Shown in pieces: positions 8,850-22,519 of a stretch of 64,000 nt of DNA; position 1 is the first letter of the stretch, and each line of letters starts with the position of its first letter. Position numbers and translations under genes: made by a program. The notes beneath the pieces are model-generated. The model saw only the letters and a program-made list of their open reading frames with translations. It ran no database searches and was not told where the DNA came from. Source of the stretch: Candidatus Omnitrophota bacterium (GTDB lineage: Bacteria > Omnitrophota > Gorgyraeia > Gygaellales > Profunditerraquicolaceae); NCBI GenBank assembly GCA_041651115.1, contig JBAZJY010000002.1, positions 478,855-542,854 of the forward strand. Direction: 5' to 3'.

Positions 8850-11045
8850 ATGGTAAACGCAAAAAAAGAAAAACCCGCGGCAAAAAAAACATTAAAAAAG
8901 GCCGTTGTAAAATCTAAGGTGGCTAAAGCGGCACATCATGTTGCTGCTAAAAAACCTTTGGCCAAAAGCCACGCTGTTAAGCCTGCCGCGGCAAAGCCGT
9001 CTAAATCAGTTAAGACGGCCGGTAAGGTAATTCATGCGCATTCGGCGCCGGCGCATAAACCGGTTGTGCATACGGCACAGCAGCATCCTGCAGCGCATCC
9101 GGTTGTTCCGCAAGCAGCCAAGCCGGTGCATGTTGCCGCGCCTAAGCCAGCCCAGATTGTTACGCCCAAGCCGGTGCATCCGGCTGTGCCCAAACCGGCG
9201 CATCATGCTGCGCCTGAACCAGCTAAACATGCGCCTATTCCTGTTCCTGTTGCTAAGCCGGTAGTTCCTGCTCCGGTTGCAGAGATCGAATTAAAAGAAT
9301 TAGAGCTTGAATTTCCCATCACCGTAAAGGACCTGGCAATCAAGCTGCAGGAAAAGTCTTCAACTGTAATTAAACACCTGATGGCAATGCGGGTTATGGC
9401 AGGCCTGAATCAGACCTTGGAAGAGTCCGTAGTTTCGGCCGTGTGCCAGAAGTACGGCTTTAAGATAAAGAAAGCCCTTGATGAGGAAGAGTCTGTTTTG
9501 CACACTCACGCGCAGGATGATTCTCCTGCGGCGTTAAAAGCAAGGCCTCCGGTAGTCACGATCATGGGCCATGTTGACCATGGAAAGACCTCTTTGCTTG
9601 ACGCGATCAGAAAAAGCAAGGTTGCCGAAGGAGAACACGGCGGAATTACGCAGCACATCGGCGCATACCGCGTGATCCTGCCGCACGGAGAAATAACTTT
9701 TCTTGATACCCCGGGCCACGAAGCGTTTACGGCGATGCGCGCGCGCGGCGCCGGCATCACCGATATCGTAGTATTGGTCGTGGCTGCCGACGACGGCATA
9801 ATGCCGCAGACAGTAGAATCCATAGATCATGCCAGGGCAGCCGGCGTTTCCATTATTGTTGCCGTGAATAAGATTGATAAGCCTCAGGCAGACCTTGACC
9901 GGGTGAAAAAACAGCTTGCCGAATTAAACCTCATGGCGGAAGACTGGGGCGGCAAGACCATTACCGTGCCTGTTTCGGCAAAAACCGGAGAAGGCATTGA
10001 TAACCTTTTGGAAATGATCCTCCTTGAAGCGCAGATGCTGGAACTAAAGGCTAATCCTTTAAGGCAGGCGCGCGGAGTGGTAGTTGAGGCCAAGATCAGC
10101 AAAGGCCGCGGACCGGTAGCCACACTTCTGGTCCAGAACGGGACGCTGCGCTTGAATGAAAGTATTATCGTCGGCAACCATTACGGTAAGATCAGGGCAA
10201 TGTTTGACGATCACGGACGTTCGGTAACCGCTGCCGGCCCGGCATTTCCCGTTGAGGTCCTCGGGCTATCAGGCGTAGCACAGGCAGGCGAGCCGTTCTT
10301 CAGCGTTAAAGACGAGAAACAGGCGCGCGACCTGGCGTTTGAACGCCAGGAAAAAGAAAGGCTCAAGCAGATAAAGAGCTCCAAGAAAATAAGCCTGGAA
10401 GACCTGTATACGCAGATCAAGGAAGGCAAGCTTAAAGAGCTTAAGATCATCATTAAGGCCGATGTCCAGGGTTCGCTTGAAGCGATAAATCAGACCCTTA
10501 ATAAACTCAATGTTTCAGAGATCAAACTGAATTTTATCCATGAGGCAGTAGGCAGCATCAATTCCTCGGACGTAATACTGGCAGTAGCATCCGACGCGTT
10601 GATCCTTGGTTTCAATGTCATGCCTGATGAGCCGGCTAAAGAGTTGATCTCTAAAGAAGGCATAGATGTAAGGACATATAATATTATTTACGAACTAGCC
10701 AATGACATTAAAGCGGCTATTGAAGGTATGCTTGAGCCGAAGCTCAAAAAAACTTTCCTCGGCAAGGTGGAAGTAAGAAAGGTATTCCGGCTTTCGCGTT
10801 CAGGCATGGTTGCCGGTTGTTTCGTGACCAAGGGCAAGGTTACCCGCTCAAGCCCGGTAAGCCTGGTCCGCAACGGCAGCGTTATATTTGAGGGCAATCT
10901 TTCTTCCTTAAAGCGTTTTAAAGACGATGTCCGCGAAGTGGCCGAGGGTTTTGAGTGCGGCATTACTCTGGCGGGCTTTGACGCTGTTCAGGAAGGCGAT
11001 ATCATAGAAGCGCACGAGATACAAAAGATCGCCAGAACTCTGTGA
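8850..11045 (+). CDS. infB: translation initiation factor IF-2
   Basis: G-domain motifs [24 protein letters not shown] and NKIDK; long His/Pro/Ala/Lys-rich N-terminal repeat region. Confidence 0.95.
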   Translation: MVNAKKEKPAAKKTLKKAVVKSKVAKAAHHVAAKKPLAKSHAVKPAAAKPSKSVKTAGKVIHAHSAPAHKPVVHTAQQHPAAHPVVPQAAKPVHVAAPKPAQIVTPKPVHPAVPKPAHHAAPEPAKHAPIPVPVAKPVVPAPVAEIELKELELEFPITVKDLAIKLQEKSSTVIKHLMAMRVMAGLNQTLEESVVSAVCQKYGFKIKKALDEEESVLHTHAQDDSPAALKARPPVVTIMGHVDHGKTSLLDAIRKSKVAEGEHGGITQHIGAYRVILPHGEITFLDTPGHEAFTAMRARGAGITDIVVLVVAADDGIMPQTVESIDHARAAGVSIIVAVNKIDKPQADLDRVKKQLAELNLMAEDWGGKTITVPVSAKTGEGIDNLLEMILLEAQMLELKANPLRQARGVVVEAKISKGRGPVATLLVQNGTLRLNESIIVGNHYGKIRAMFDDHGRSVTAAGPAFPVEVLGLSGVAQAGEPFFSVKDEKQARDLAFERQEKERLKQIKSSKKISLEDLYTQIKEGKLKELKIIIKADVQGSLEAINQTLNKLNVSEIKLNFIHEAVGSINSSDVILAVASDALILGFNVMPDEPAKELISKEGIDVRTYNIIYELANDIKAAIEGMLEPKLKKTFLGKVEVRKVFRLSRSGMVAGCFVTKGKVTRSSPVSLVRNGSVIFEGNLSSLKRFKDDVREVAEGFECGITLAGFDAVQEGDIIEAHEIQKIARTL

Positions 11046-12031
11046 TGAAAAAACGCATATTAAGCGGCATGCGCCCGACCGGTAAATTACATTTGGGCCA
11101 TCTTGTCGGCGCGCTGGACAACTGGGTAAAGCTGCAGGAAGAATACGATTGTTTTTTTATGGTCGCTGATTGGCACGCGTTGATGAGCGAGTATGAAAAT
11201 ACTCAAGTCCTGCGCGAATCGGCAACCGATAATGTGATTGACTGGCTGGCAGCCGGAATTGATCCGGAAAAATCCACGCTCTTCATACAATCGCAGGTGC
11301 CGGCGCATTTGGATCTGCAGATGATCTTTTCCTGCCTTACTCCCCTTGGTTGGCTTGAGCGTTGTCCCACCTACAAAGAACAATTACGGGAAGTTAAAAC
11401 GCGTGATCTTAATACCTACGGGTTCCTGGGGTATCCTGTGCTTCAGGCAGCGGACATACTTATCTATAAGGCAGATAAAGTCCCGGTAGGCGAAGATCAG
11501 CTGCCGCACCTTGAACTGACGCGGGAGATCAGCAGGCGCTTTAATTCGCTTTATAAAAAAGAAATATTCCCTGAACCGGCAGCGCTGCTTACCAGCGTGC
11601 CGCGGCTTTTGGGCCTTGACGGCAGGAAAATGAGCAAGAGCTATAATAACACCGTAAACCTTTCTGACCCCGAAGAAATAGTCAGGAAAAAGATCGCCGG
11701 CATGGTCACTGACCCCAAACGGATCAAATTATCCGATCCCGGACATCCGGAAATCTGTAATGTTTTTTCGTATTATTCGTATTTTATCCCCGAGCTTAAA
11801 GAAGATGTCAGGGATTGGTGCGTAAACGCAAAGGTAGGCTGTACTGAATGTAAAAAAAGAATGGCGGACGGCCTGCTTAAAAAACTTGAGCCTTTTCACC
11901 ATAGGCGCCGGGAATTCGCCAAGGATGACAAAAGAGTGACTAAGATATTAGGACAGGGAAAAGATAAGGCGATTGCTGTTTCTTCCAAAACGCTTAAGGA
12001 AGCAAAAGAAGCAATGAGTTTTCCTGCTTAG
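11042..12031 (+). CDS. trpS: tryptophanyl-tRNA synthetase
   Basis: HIGH-type motif (GKLHLGHLVG) and KMSKS. Confidence 0.92.
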   Translation: MMKKRILSGMRPTGKLHLGHLVGALDNWVKLQEEYDCFFMVADWHALMSEYENTQVLRESATDNVIDWLAAGIDPEKSTLFIQSQVPAHLDLQMIFSCLTPLGWLERCPTYKEQLREVKTRDLNTYGFLGYPVLQAADILIYKADKVPVGEDQLPHLELTREISRRFNSLYKKEIFPEPAALLTSVPRLLGLDGRKMSKSYNNTVNLSDPEEIVRKKIAGMVTDPKRIKLSDPGHPEICNVFSYYSYFIPELKEDVRDWCVNAKVGCTECKKRMADGLLKKLEPFHHRRREFAKDDKRVTKILGQGKDKAIAVSSKTLKEAKEAMSFPA

Positions 12032-12038
12032 GAGGAAT

Positions 12039-12800
12039 ATGAGCTATAAAGTAAGATTGGAATTATTTGAAGGGCCGCTGGACCTGCTTTTGTATCTTGT
12101 GAAGAAGGATCACCTTAATATTTACGATATACCCATAGCCGCGGTCACCGAACAGTATATGCGCTACCTTGAGCTGATGAAGCTTTTGGATTTAAATATC
12201 GCCGGAGAATTCCTGGTGATGGCTGCCACGCTTCTTCAGATCAAATCAAAGATGCTGCTTCCCGCGGAGGAAGCGGCGCAGGATGAGCTTCCGGAAGAAG
12301 ACCCGCGCGCGGAATTGATAAAGCGGCTGCTTGAATATGAGAAATTCAAAGAGATCGCCGAAACCCTGAGACAGAAAGAAGCCGGCCAGCAGGAAGTCTT
12401 TAAGCGGCCCAAGACAGAGAACGACGCTGACATCCCCAAAGAAGCAGGGGTATATTTTGAGGCGAGTATATTTGACCTGATCAGCGCTTTTTCTAAAGCC
12501 CTTGAAGACGTGCCCAAGGACATGTTTTATGAAGTGATCAAGGATGAGTTCACCATTGAGGAAAAAGTGCACCAGATCCTGCATATGCTCCTTGTTGAAT
12601 CTTCGGTAAAGATCTCGCAATTGTTCAGCCGCGCCAAGCATAAGATTGAAGTGATCGTGACTTTTCTGGCGATACTTGAGTTGATGCGGATGAAAGAAGT
12701 GATTGCCCGCCAAAAAGGGCTGTTTGACGAGATAGAGATCGCAAGGAATAAGGAAAACATCATACCTTATGAAGAAAGAAACCCGACAGAAGCTAATTGA
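12039..12800 (+). CDS. scpA: segregation and condensation protein A
   Basis: ScpA N-terminus [17 protein letters not shown]. Confidence 0.85.
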   Translation: MSYKVRLELFEGPLDLLLYLVKKDHLNIYDIPIAAVTEQYMRYLELMKLLDLNIAGEFLVMAATLLQIKSKMLLPAEEAAQDELPEEDPRAELIKRLLEYEKFKEIAETLRQKEAGQQEVFKRPKTENDADIPKEAGVYFEASIFDLISAFSKALEDVPKDMFYEVIKDEFTIEEKVHQILHMLLVESSVKISQLFSRAKHKIEVIVTFLAILELMRMKEVIARQKGLFDEIEIARNKENIIPYEERNPTEAN

Positions 12801-13866
12801 GCGTCCGCAGCGGCCTTCCGGATCAAACGATGCCGAGCTCCAGGAAAAGATCCTCCGCAATCAGCAGGAGAGCGACGAGGATGTTGTTTTAAATATTTCG
12901 CTGCGTCCTAAGCGGCTCTCGGAATTCGTCGGCCAAAAAGACCTTATAGGTAATCTAAACGTTTGCCTGACTGCCGCAAAGCAAAGAAGCGAGCCGCTTG
13001 AGCATGTGATCTTTTCCGGCCCTCCCGGCCTGGGTAAGACTTCGCTGGCGCACATTATTGCCCATGAAATGGGCACAAAGGTTACCGCGACTTCCGGCCC
13101 GGCAATTACGCGCGCAGGAGACTTGATCGGCATACTTACAAACCTGGAAAAGGGCGATATCCTTTTTATCGACGAGATACACCGGCTTTCCCATGTGGTA
13201 GAGGAATTCCTTTATCCGGCGATGGAAGGGTTCCAGATAGATTTTGTGATTGATAAAGGGCCCTATGCCAAGACGATCAAATTTAACCTTAAGCCATTTA
13301 CCTTAGTAGCCGCCACAACGCGGATCGGGCTTTTATCCGGGCCATTGCGCAGCAGGTTCGGGATATTTTTTCATCTTGATTTTTATCCGGTAGAAGACTT
13401 GTCCAGGATCATTAAGCATTCTGCCAGGATCCTGGGTATGGGCATAGACGACGAAGCAGCTGCGGAGATTGCCCGCCGCGCCAGAGGCACCCCGCGCATT
13501 GCCAACCGCCTGCTGCGGCGTATCCGGGATTACGCGCAGGTCCGCAGCCTCGGCAAGGTAACTTTTGACATTGCCGTAAAGACGTTGAATGACCTGGGTA
13601 TTGATAAGGCCGGGTTTGATGATATGGACCGCAAAGTATTAAAATTGATCCTTGAGACATATGAAGGCGGGCCGGTAGGCGTGGAATCGCTTGCCGCAAG
13701 CCTTAACGAGGAAGTCGATACGATAGTTGACAGCGTGGAGCCCTACCTTTTAAAAACCGGTTATCTTAAGCGCACTTCCCGCGGCAGGCTGGCAACAAAA
13801 CTCGCCTACGAACATTTCGGCATCAAGCACAATAAAGAAAAACAGGAAGTCTTATTTAAGGAATAA
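12769..13866 (+). CDS. ruvB: Holliday junction DNA helicase RuvB
   Basis: [12 protein letters not shown], Walker [12 protein letters not shown] and the sensor region of an AAA+ RuvB. Confidence 0.92.
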   Translation: MKKETRQKLIERPQRPSGSNDAELQEKILRNQQESDEDVVLNISLRPKRLSEFVGQKDLIGNLNVCLTAAKQRSEPLEHVIFSGPPGLGKTSLAHIIAHEMGTKVTATSGPAITRAGDLIGILTNLEKGDILFIDEIHRLSHVVEEFLYPAMEGFQIDFVIDKGPYAKTIKFNLKPFTLVAATTRIGLLSGPLRSRFGIFFHLDFYPVEDLSRIIKHSARILGMGIDDEAAAEIARRARGTPRIANRLLRRIRDYAQVRSLGKVTFDIAVKTLNDLGIDKAGFDDMDRKVLKLILETYEGGPVGVESLAASLNEEVDTIVDSVEPYLLKTGYLKRTSRGRLATKLAYEHFGIKHNKEKQEVLFKE

Positions 13867-13884
13867 ACCTACTTGCGCCAACCG

Positions 13885-14421
13885 ATGAAGATCCTACTGC
13901 ATACTTGCTGCGCGCCGTGCCTGATCTTTCCCCTTGAAAGGCTAAGGGGCCAGGGTTATGAAACAGAAGGGTTTTTTTATAACCCTAACATCCATCCGTT
14001 CAATGAATACAAGAACAGGAAACAGGCAGTGCTTGATTATAGCCAGGCTTCAGGCCTGACCGTAGATTATCCGGAATACGATCCGGCGGAATTCTTCCGG
14101 CAGATAAACCTTAAAGAAACAAGCCCGGGCAGGTGCCGGCTATGCTGGCAATTACGCCTTAAAAAAACAGCAGCAACAGCCAAAGAAAAGAAATTTGATC
14201 TGTTTTCCACGACCCTGCTGGTGAGCCCTTATCAGGATCAGTCCCTGATAAAAGAGGTCGGCAATGTTGTTTCTAAAGAAGAGGGCGTGGAGTTTTATTA
14301 CGAGGATTTCCGGCCGGGGTTCCGCAAGGCCCACGAGCAGGCCCGCGCCCAGGGAGTCTATTGCCAGAAATACTGCGGGTGCATTTATTCGGAGATAGAC
14401 AGATGCAAACCACGCAAGTAA
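13885..14421 (+). CDS. queH: epoxyqueuosine reductase QueH (DUF208)
   Basis: LLHTCCAPC cysteine motif and C-terminal CQKYCGC; start set at the ATG at 13885 rather than the TTG at 13873. Confidence 0.8.
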   Translation: MKILLHTCCAPCLIFPLERLRGQGYETEGFFYNPNIHPFNEYKNRKQAVLDYSQASGLTVDYPEYDPAEFFRQINLKETSPGRCRLCWQLRLKKTAATAKEKKFDLFSTTLLVSPYQDQSLIKEVGNVVSKEEGVEFYYEDFRPGFRKAHEQARAQGVYCQKYCGCIYSEIDRCKPRK

Positions 14422-15560
14422 AAGCTATATTAAAAGTAACCGCGCTTATTTTTACGGCAGCCGCCTGCTGCATGCTTTATGCAGGCAGTTGTTATTCCGC
14501 AGAGAAATACGTGCGCGTGGCAATACTGCAGGACGCAGAGTTGATCCGGGTCAGCGTCAACGGCCCTTACAACATAATTGATGCCAGGGACGGGAAAATA
14601 TTATCCAGCGGAAAGTTCCTTTCTGCCGCGGCAAGCGGCAGCAAGGCAGGGATCATTATAGACGGCGATGAATACAAAACAGGCCGGATATCCGTTGAAG
14701 CATCCGGCCAGCAGCCGGTGGTGATAAACGGCAGGAATTACCGCGGTAACGTGCGCTTGATCAAAAAAGATAATCTGCGGCTTACGGCGGTCAATGACAT
14801 TGGGCTGGAAGATTACGTAAAAGGCATATTGTATAACGAGGTATCGCATTATTGGCCGGAAGAGGCGCTTAAGGCGCAGGCAGTTGTCTGCCGCACCTAC
14901 GCGATCTATCAATCAGCGCAAAGTTCCGGCCGCGATTATGACGTTACCAATGATATTTATTCGCAGGTTTACGGAGGCAAGGCTTCCGAGCGTTTTCGCA
15001 CCAACCGCGCGGTAGATGATACAAAAGGCCTTACCCTGACGTATGCGGGAGCGGTTTTTCCGGCTTATTTCCACGCTACCTGCGGCGGCCATACCGAAGA
15101 TGCCTCGTTATTGTGGAACATCAATCTTCCTGTGCTTTGGGGCGTGTCTTGCGGTTTTTGCAAAGAGTCTCCGCATTTTAACTGGCACCGGGTGATGACG
15201 CTGGATGAAATAAAAGACGCCCTGGTCAAGGCAGGGCATAAGAACTGCGGCAACATACTGGCAATTGAAATTTCCGGAACCGATAATTCGGGCAGGGTAA
15301 GGGACCTTGTATTCCGCACCGATAAGGATATGCTTGTAGTTTCCGCCAAAGACTTCCGCAATATCATTGGCCCGAATGCCATAAAGAGCGCGAATTTTAA
15401 AGTGAGCATTACCGGCAGGGACGCGATCTTTGAAGGCCGGGGCTGGGGCCATGGCGCGGGCATGTGCCAGTGGGGCGCGTATTTTATGGCAAAAGAAGCC
15501 CGCAGCTTCAAAGATATCCTGGCGCACTATTATCCCGGTTCAGAATTATCGCAGTATTAA
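14403..15560 (+). CDS. SpoIID/LytB domain protein (amidase enhancer)
   Basis: Signal peptide followed by a SpoIID/LytB domain (GLEDYVKGILYNEV...QAVVCRTYAIYQ). Confidence 0.8.
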   Translation: MQTTQVKAILKVTALIFTAAACCMLYAGSCYSAEKYVRVAILQDAELIRVSVNGPYNIIDARDGKILSSGKFLSAAASGSKAGIIIDGDEYKTGRISVEASGQQPVVINGRNYRGNVRLIKKDNLRLTAVNDIGLEDYVKGILYNEVSHYWPEEALKAQAVVCRTYAIYQSAQSSGRDYDVTNDIYSQVYGGKASERFRTNRAVDDTKGLTLTYAGAVFPAYFHATCGGHTEDASLLWNINLPVLWGVSCGFCKESPHFNWHRVMTLDEIKDALVKAGHKNCGNILAIEISGTDNSGRVRDLVFRTDKDMLVVSAKDFRNIIGPNAIKSANFKVSITGRDAIFEGRGWGHGAGMCQWGAYFMAKEARSFKDILAHYYPGSELSQY

Positions 15561-15571
15561 TACCATTTTGC

Positions 15572-15951
15572 GTCTGCCTTGTCTTGCTTCTCGCAGCACC
15601 GCTTGATTTTCCCCTGCGAGGAAAATCTTCGCTCGTGAGTCGGCTTTCGCTCTGCCCTAACGTAGGTGAGGGCATCCGTGCCCGCTCAAGCCTCCTACGT
15701 GCTGCTCAAAGCAAGCCAAGTCAGCCGCAAGATCATAACGTTCTGTTAAGCTGGTAATTGTTATGCTTATGCGAAGGGCTTTGTGAGCGCGCATTGCAAA
15801 CTTTTGCCAGCTTAGCCTTAGAGATTGGTCGGCAAGGCTTTACGAGGAGCGGAGGCTCTAATGTTACGAAAGTATGCCCGAGAGCGACGAGTAAACCGTA
15901 GCCGACGGCAAAATGTTTGCGCGCGCGAACAAAGGCCTGAAGCATAAAGCA
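15572..15951. repeat. MITE-like intergenic repeat, copy A (inverted relative to copy B; one terminus degraded)
   Basis: Starts with CTGCCTTGTCTTGCT at 15574-15588 and shares termini of roughly 100-150 nt with the element at 43.9-44.4 kb in reverse-complement orientation; the middle portion is divergent; non-coding. Confidence 0.7.
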
Positions 15952-15968
15952 TAATAATAAATAACTAT

Positions 15969-18785
<2,817 letters not shown>

Positions 18786-18912
18786 GCGCTCGTAGATTTT
18801 GTGGAAATCTACTCGCAGCCACGGGATAAATTCGGCCCAATAACTTATGTTCGTTTATCGCCGTGCGGCGATTTACTCCATAAGTTGTGGCCTCATTTAA
18901 AGGAGAAACGCA

Positions 18913-19275
18913 ATGGATAAGATAAAAATGATTGAAGCGCAGTATATTAAAAAGGACGTGCCCAAGTTCAACGTCGGGGATACTGTGAAGGTATTGACAA
19001 AGATCCCCGAAGGCCCGGACAAGGTAAGGCTGCACCCGTTTGAGGGAGTGGTGATTGCAAAGGGCGGTAGCGGGATAAAGGAAAGCTTTACGGTAAGGAA
19101 AGTTTCTTACGGCGAGGGCATTGAGCGCGTTTTTCCGCTCTATTCCCCGAGTATTGAGCGCATTGAGCTCATCCGTTCCGGCAAAGTTAAAAGGGCAAAA
19201 CTTTATTATCTGCGCGGTAAAATCGGAAAACGCGCGACCAAGATAGAGAGCTCGGAAGAAAAGCCAAAGTCGTAG
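18913..19275 (+). CDS. rplS: 50S ribosomal protein L19
   Basis: L19 family sequence; follows trmD as in the canonical operon. Confidence 0.9.
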   Translation: MDKIKMIEAQYIKKDVPKFNVGDTVKVLTKIPEGPDKVRLHPFEGVVIAKGGSGIKESFTVRKVSYGEGIERVFPLYSPSIERIELIRSGKVKRAKLYYLRGKIGKRATKIESSEEKPKS

Positions 19276-19877
19276 TGTTATATTACGAAAACAAGCTTAA
19301 GGCGCAAGGGTTTGACATCATTATCGGCGTAGATGAAGCAGGCCGCGGGCCTTTAGCCGGCCCGGTAGTGGCCGGCGCAGTGAACCTGTTGTCTGCGCGT
19401 TTTAAAAACCGCATTGACGATTCCAAGAAACTTACTGCCCGCGAAAGGGAAAGTGCCTTTCCGGAGATCATTGCCAAATCAGTATTCGGCATCGGGATAG
19501 TGGATGAGAAGACCATTGACCGGGTGAATATACTTGTGGCTACGCACATGGCGATGGAAAAAGCAATTGCCGCGCTCATTGAAAAGCTTGATAACCCGGA
19601 TAAAAAACGTATCCACCTTTTGATCGACGGAGATATCCGCTTAAAAACCGGGCTGGCATCGTGGCCGATAATCAGGGGCGACGCGAAATCCAAAAGCATT
19701 GCCTGCGCTTCGATCATCGCCAAAGTCAGCCGTGACCGGATGATGTCTGAATACGACAAAGTATATCCGCAATACGGATTTATCCGGCATAAGGGTTACC
19801 CGACAAAGATGCATAAACTGGCAATCAGGAAATTCGGCCTTTCCGGGATCCACAGAAAGACTTTTCACAGTGTCTAA
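19275..19877 (+). CDS. rnhB: ribonuclease HII
   Basis: GVDEAGRGPLAGPVV active-site motif. Confidence 0.9.
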   Translation: MLYYENKLKAQGFDIIIGVDEAGRGPLAGPVVAGAVNLLSARFKNRIDDSKKLTARERESAFPEIIAKSVFGIGIVDEKTIDRVNILVATHMAMEKAIAALIEKLDNPDKKRIHLLIDGDIRLKTGLASWPIIRGDAKSKSIACASIIAKVSRDRMMSEYDKVYPQYGFIRHKGYPTKMHKLAIRKFGLSGIHRKTFHSV

Positions 19878-20238
19878 GGAAAATCTGCGTTTCGGCTTAG
19901 CCGGAGAGAAGAAGGCGGCAGATTTTTTGGCTGCCAGCGGGTATAAGATCCTCAAAAGGAATTACAAGACCAGGTTAGGCGAGATAGACATCATCGCCCG
20001 CGACAGAGAAACGATCTGTTTTGTGGAAGTAAAATCAAGGACTACCGGCCGTTTCGGCCTCCCCCAGGAAGCAGTTTCAAAATCAAAACAGAGACAGATC
20101 GCCAAGACAGCATTGATGTTCCTGAAAGAGAACGGCCTTCTGGACAATCTCGCCAGGTTTGACGTGGTATCCGTATTTTCCTCGGAATCCGGAATGAAAT
20201 TAGAATTAATCAAGAACGCTTTTGATCTAACTGAATGA
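19870..20238 (+). CDS. yraN: YraN family (UPF0102) endonuclease
   Basis: UPF0102 pattern GE.DII and E.KSR; rnhB-yraN order is conserved. Confidence 0.8.
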   Translation: MSKENLRFGLAGEKKAADFLAASGYKILKRNYKTRLGEIDIIARDRETICFVEVKSRTTGRFGLPQEAVSKSKQRQIAKTALMFLKENGLLDNLARFDVVSVFSSESGMKLELIKNAFDLTE

Positions 20239-21902
20239 AAATATTGCCCGTTGAAAAAATCGCCGCAAAACTTAAGATAAATAAAAAATACATCCTTCCT
20301 TACGGAAAATACAGCGCCAAGATAGACCTGGCGGTTTTAAAAGAAATAAGCCGGTTACGCCGCCGCGGTAAATATATCCTAGTTACCGCGATCACCCCTA
20401 CGCCGCTAGGTGAAGGAAAAACCGTGACTACGATCGGGTTGTCAATGGCCTTGAACCGGATGGGAAAAAAGGCCTGCGCCTGCATCAGGCAGCCGTCATT
20501 GGGCCCGGTATTCGGCATAAAAGGCGGCGGCGCAGGAGGCGGGGCTTCCCGGCTGGTACCAACGGAAGATATTAACCTTCATTTTACCGGAGATTTCCAC
20601 GCCGTAAGCATTGCGCATAACCTTGCCGCAGCATTCCTTGATAATTCCATATTCAGGGGAAATTCCCTGAATATAAACCCGGCAGCGATCACCTGGCGCC
20701 GCGCCATAGACGTTAATGACAGGTCGTTAAGGGACATCCGGGCTTGCCTTAATGAAAAAGAAGAAGGGCCTGGCCGCGACAGCGGCTTTGACATAACCGC
20801 GGCTTCCGAGATAATGGCAATTTTGGCATTAAGCGAAGGCCTTACTGATATGCGCAAGCGCCTGGGCAGGATCGTGCTTGCCGATAAATTTGACGGGGCA
20901 CCGGTGACCGCAGAGGAGATTAAGGTTGCCGGCAGCATGGCAGCTCTTTTGAAAGACGCGATAAAGCCAAACCTCGTACAGACCGTTGAGAACACGCCGT
21001 GTTTTGTGCATACCGGGCCGTTCGGAAACATTGCCCACGGCAACAGTTCAATAATCGCCGATAGGATCGCTTTGTCATTTTGCGATTATGTAGTGACAGA
21101 AGCTGGTTTTGGCGCGGATTGCGGGGCGGAAAATTTCTTCAATATTAAATGCCGCGTAAGCGGCCTGGTTCCGGATGCCGTGGTTTTGGTATGCTCTGTG
21201 CGCGCGCTTAAGGCGCACAGCGGGAAATTCAGCATGCATTTGTGCAAGGCGCTGGATAAAGGGCTGGTTGAAGAGAACATTCCCGCGCTTGAACAGGGAT
21301 TATGCAACCTTAAAAAGCAGATTGCAAACGTTAAGGCCTTTGGCGTGCCTGTGGTCGTGGCAATCAACCGCTTTGCTTCCGATACGGATAAAGAGATCAA
21401 GTTAATTAGAGAAAGATCTATTGAATTCGGCGCGGTAAATTGTCAGGTAAGCCAAGCCTGGAGCAAGGGTTCCCGCGGCAGCATAGACTTGGCAAAAAGC
21501 GTAGTCAGCGCAAGCAAGATCAAAAAGGATTTTAAATTCCTTTATCCGCTGGATATGCCGATAAAGGAAAAGATCAAAGTTATCGCCACCCGGATGTACG
21601 GGGCAAGGGCAGTAGAGTATTCTGCGCTTGCCGAAGAGAGGATCAATGCATATAATCGCCGCGGCTGGGATAAATTGCCGGTGTGTATGGCAAAGACACA
21701 GCTATCATTATCCCATGACCCGCATTTATTGGGCGAACCGAAAGATTTTGTCCTGCCGGTAAGGGATGTCCGCGCTTCTATCGGCGCGGGGTTTCTTTAC
21801 CCTTTATGCGGGAAGGTCCAGACCATGCCCGGGCTGCCGGCATGCCCGGCAGGCGAGAATATAGATATAGACGAAGAAGGCAATGTAACCGGGCTTCATT
21901 AA
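20235..21902 (+). CDS. fhs: formate--tetrahydrofolate ligase
   Basis: PTPLGEGKTVTTIGL P-loop region of FTHFS; full length. Confidence 0.92.
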   Translation: MKILPVEKIAAKLKINKKYILPYGKYSAKIDLAVLKEISRLRRRGKYILVTAITPTPLGEGKTVTTIGLSMALNRMGKKACACIRQPSLGPVFGIKGGGAGGGASRLVPTEDINLHFTGDFHAVSIAHNLAAAFLDNSIFRGNSLNINPAAITWRRAIDVNDRSLRDIRACLNEKEEGPGRDSGFDITAASEIMAILALSEGLTDMRKRLGRIVLADKFDGAPVTAEEIKVAGSMAALLKDAIKPNLVQTVENTPCFVHTGPFGNIAHGNSSIIADRIALSFCDYVVTEAGFGADCGAENFFNIKCRVSGLVPDAVVLVCSVRALKAHSGKFSMHLCKALDKGLVEENIPALEQGLCNLKKQIANVKAFGVPVVVAINRFASDTDKEIKLIRERSIEFGAVNCQVSQAWSKGSRGSIDLAKSVVSASKIKKDFKFLYPLDMPIKEKIKVIATRMYGARAVEYSALAEERINAYNRRGWDKLPVCMAKTQLSLSHDPHLLGEPKDFVLPVRDVRASIGAGFLYPLCGKVQTMPGLPACPAGENIDIDEEGNVTGLH

Positions 21903-21958
21903 ACGCCACCCAAACCAATAGGATGGTTTGGTGTGCACTTTCTGTGCGAGGAGCGCAA

Positions 21959-22519
21959 ATGTACTGCAATAAAACCTTGAGGGGATATTTGGATGACCTG
22001 GCGGCAAGGCTCCCTGCGCCGGGAGGCGGGTCTGCAGCCGCCCTTACCGCTTCGGAAGCAGCGGCATTGGTAAGCATGGTGATAAATTTTACCGTCGGCA
22101 AGCCGAGATACGCCAGGTATGAGCCGCAGTTAAAAGCGGCGCTGGAAGAATCGGAAAAATTAAGGAGTGAATTCCTGCGCCTGGTTGACCTGGACGTAAC
22201 TGCTTATGCGAGCAAGAATCTTCGGGATGCGCTGGGCGTGCCGTTTATGGTCTGCCGCCTTTGTTTTGAAGGCATAAGGCTTTGCCCGCCGCTGATCACA
22301 AGAAGCAACCAGAACTTGATCAGCGACGTGGCGGTAGCGGCGATATTCTTTGAAGCGGCTTTTGCCGCTGCGTATTTCAACGTGGAAATAAACCTTAAGG
22401 CGCTGGGGGACAAAAAATTGGCGCGTTCAATAAGAAAAGAAATGCTGGTTAAGGCCAAAAAGATCAGGAAAATTCGCCTGGAAATGGAGGATAAAGTTGG
22501 CAAAATTATTAGAGGGTAA
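21959..22519 (+). CDS. fchA: methenyltetrahydrofolate cyclohydrolase, FtcD-like cyclodeaminase family
   Basis: Family motif LPAPGGGSAAALTA; start at the ATG at 21959, preceded by GAGGAG. Confidence 0.8.
   Translation: MYCNKTLRGYLDDLAARLPAPGGGSAAALTASEAAALVSMVINFTVGKPRYARYEPQLKAALEESEKLRSEFLRLVDLDVTAYASKNLRDALGVPFMVCRLCFEGIRLCPPLITRSNQNLISDVAVAAIFFEAAFAAAYFNVEINLKALGDKKLARSIRKEMLVKAKKIRKIRLEMEDKVGKIIRG

Noticed and set aside
9006-9264. Arg-rich 74/76-aa ORFs on both strands inside infB
   Set aside because: They are artifacts of the repetitive Pro/Ala/His-coding DNA of the IF-2 N-terminus read in other frames.
21806-21958. ORF-track start of the cyclohydrolase at 21806, overlapping the fhs 3' end by 97 nt
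   Set aside because: The N-terminal 51 residues are Arg-rich read-through of the fhs coding region. The ATG at 21959 has GAGGAG upstream and matches the family N-terminus.
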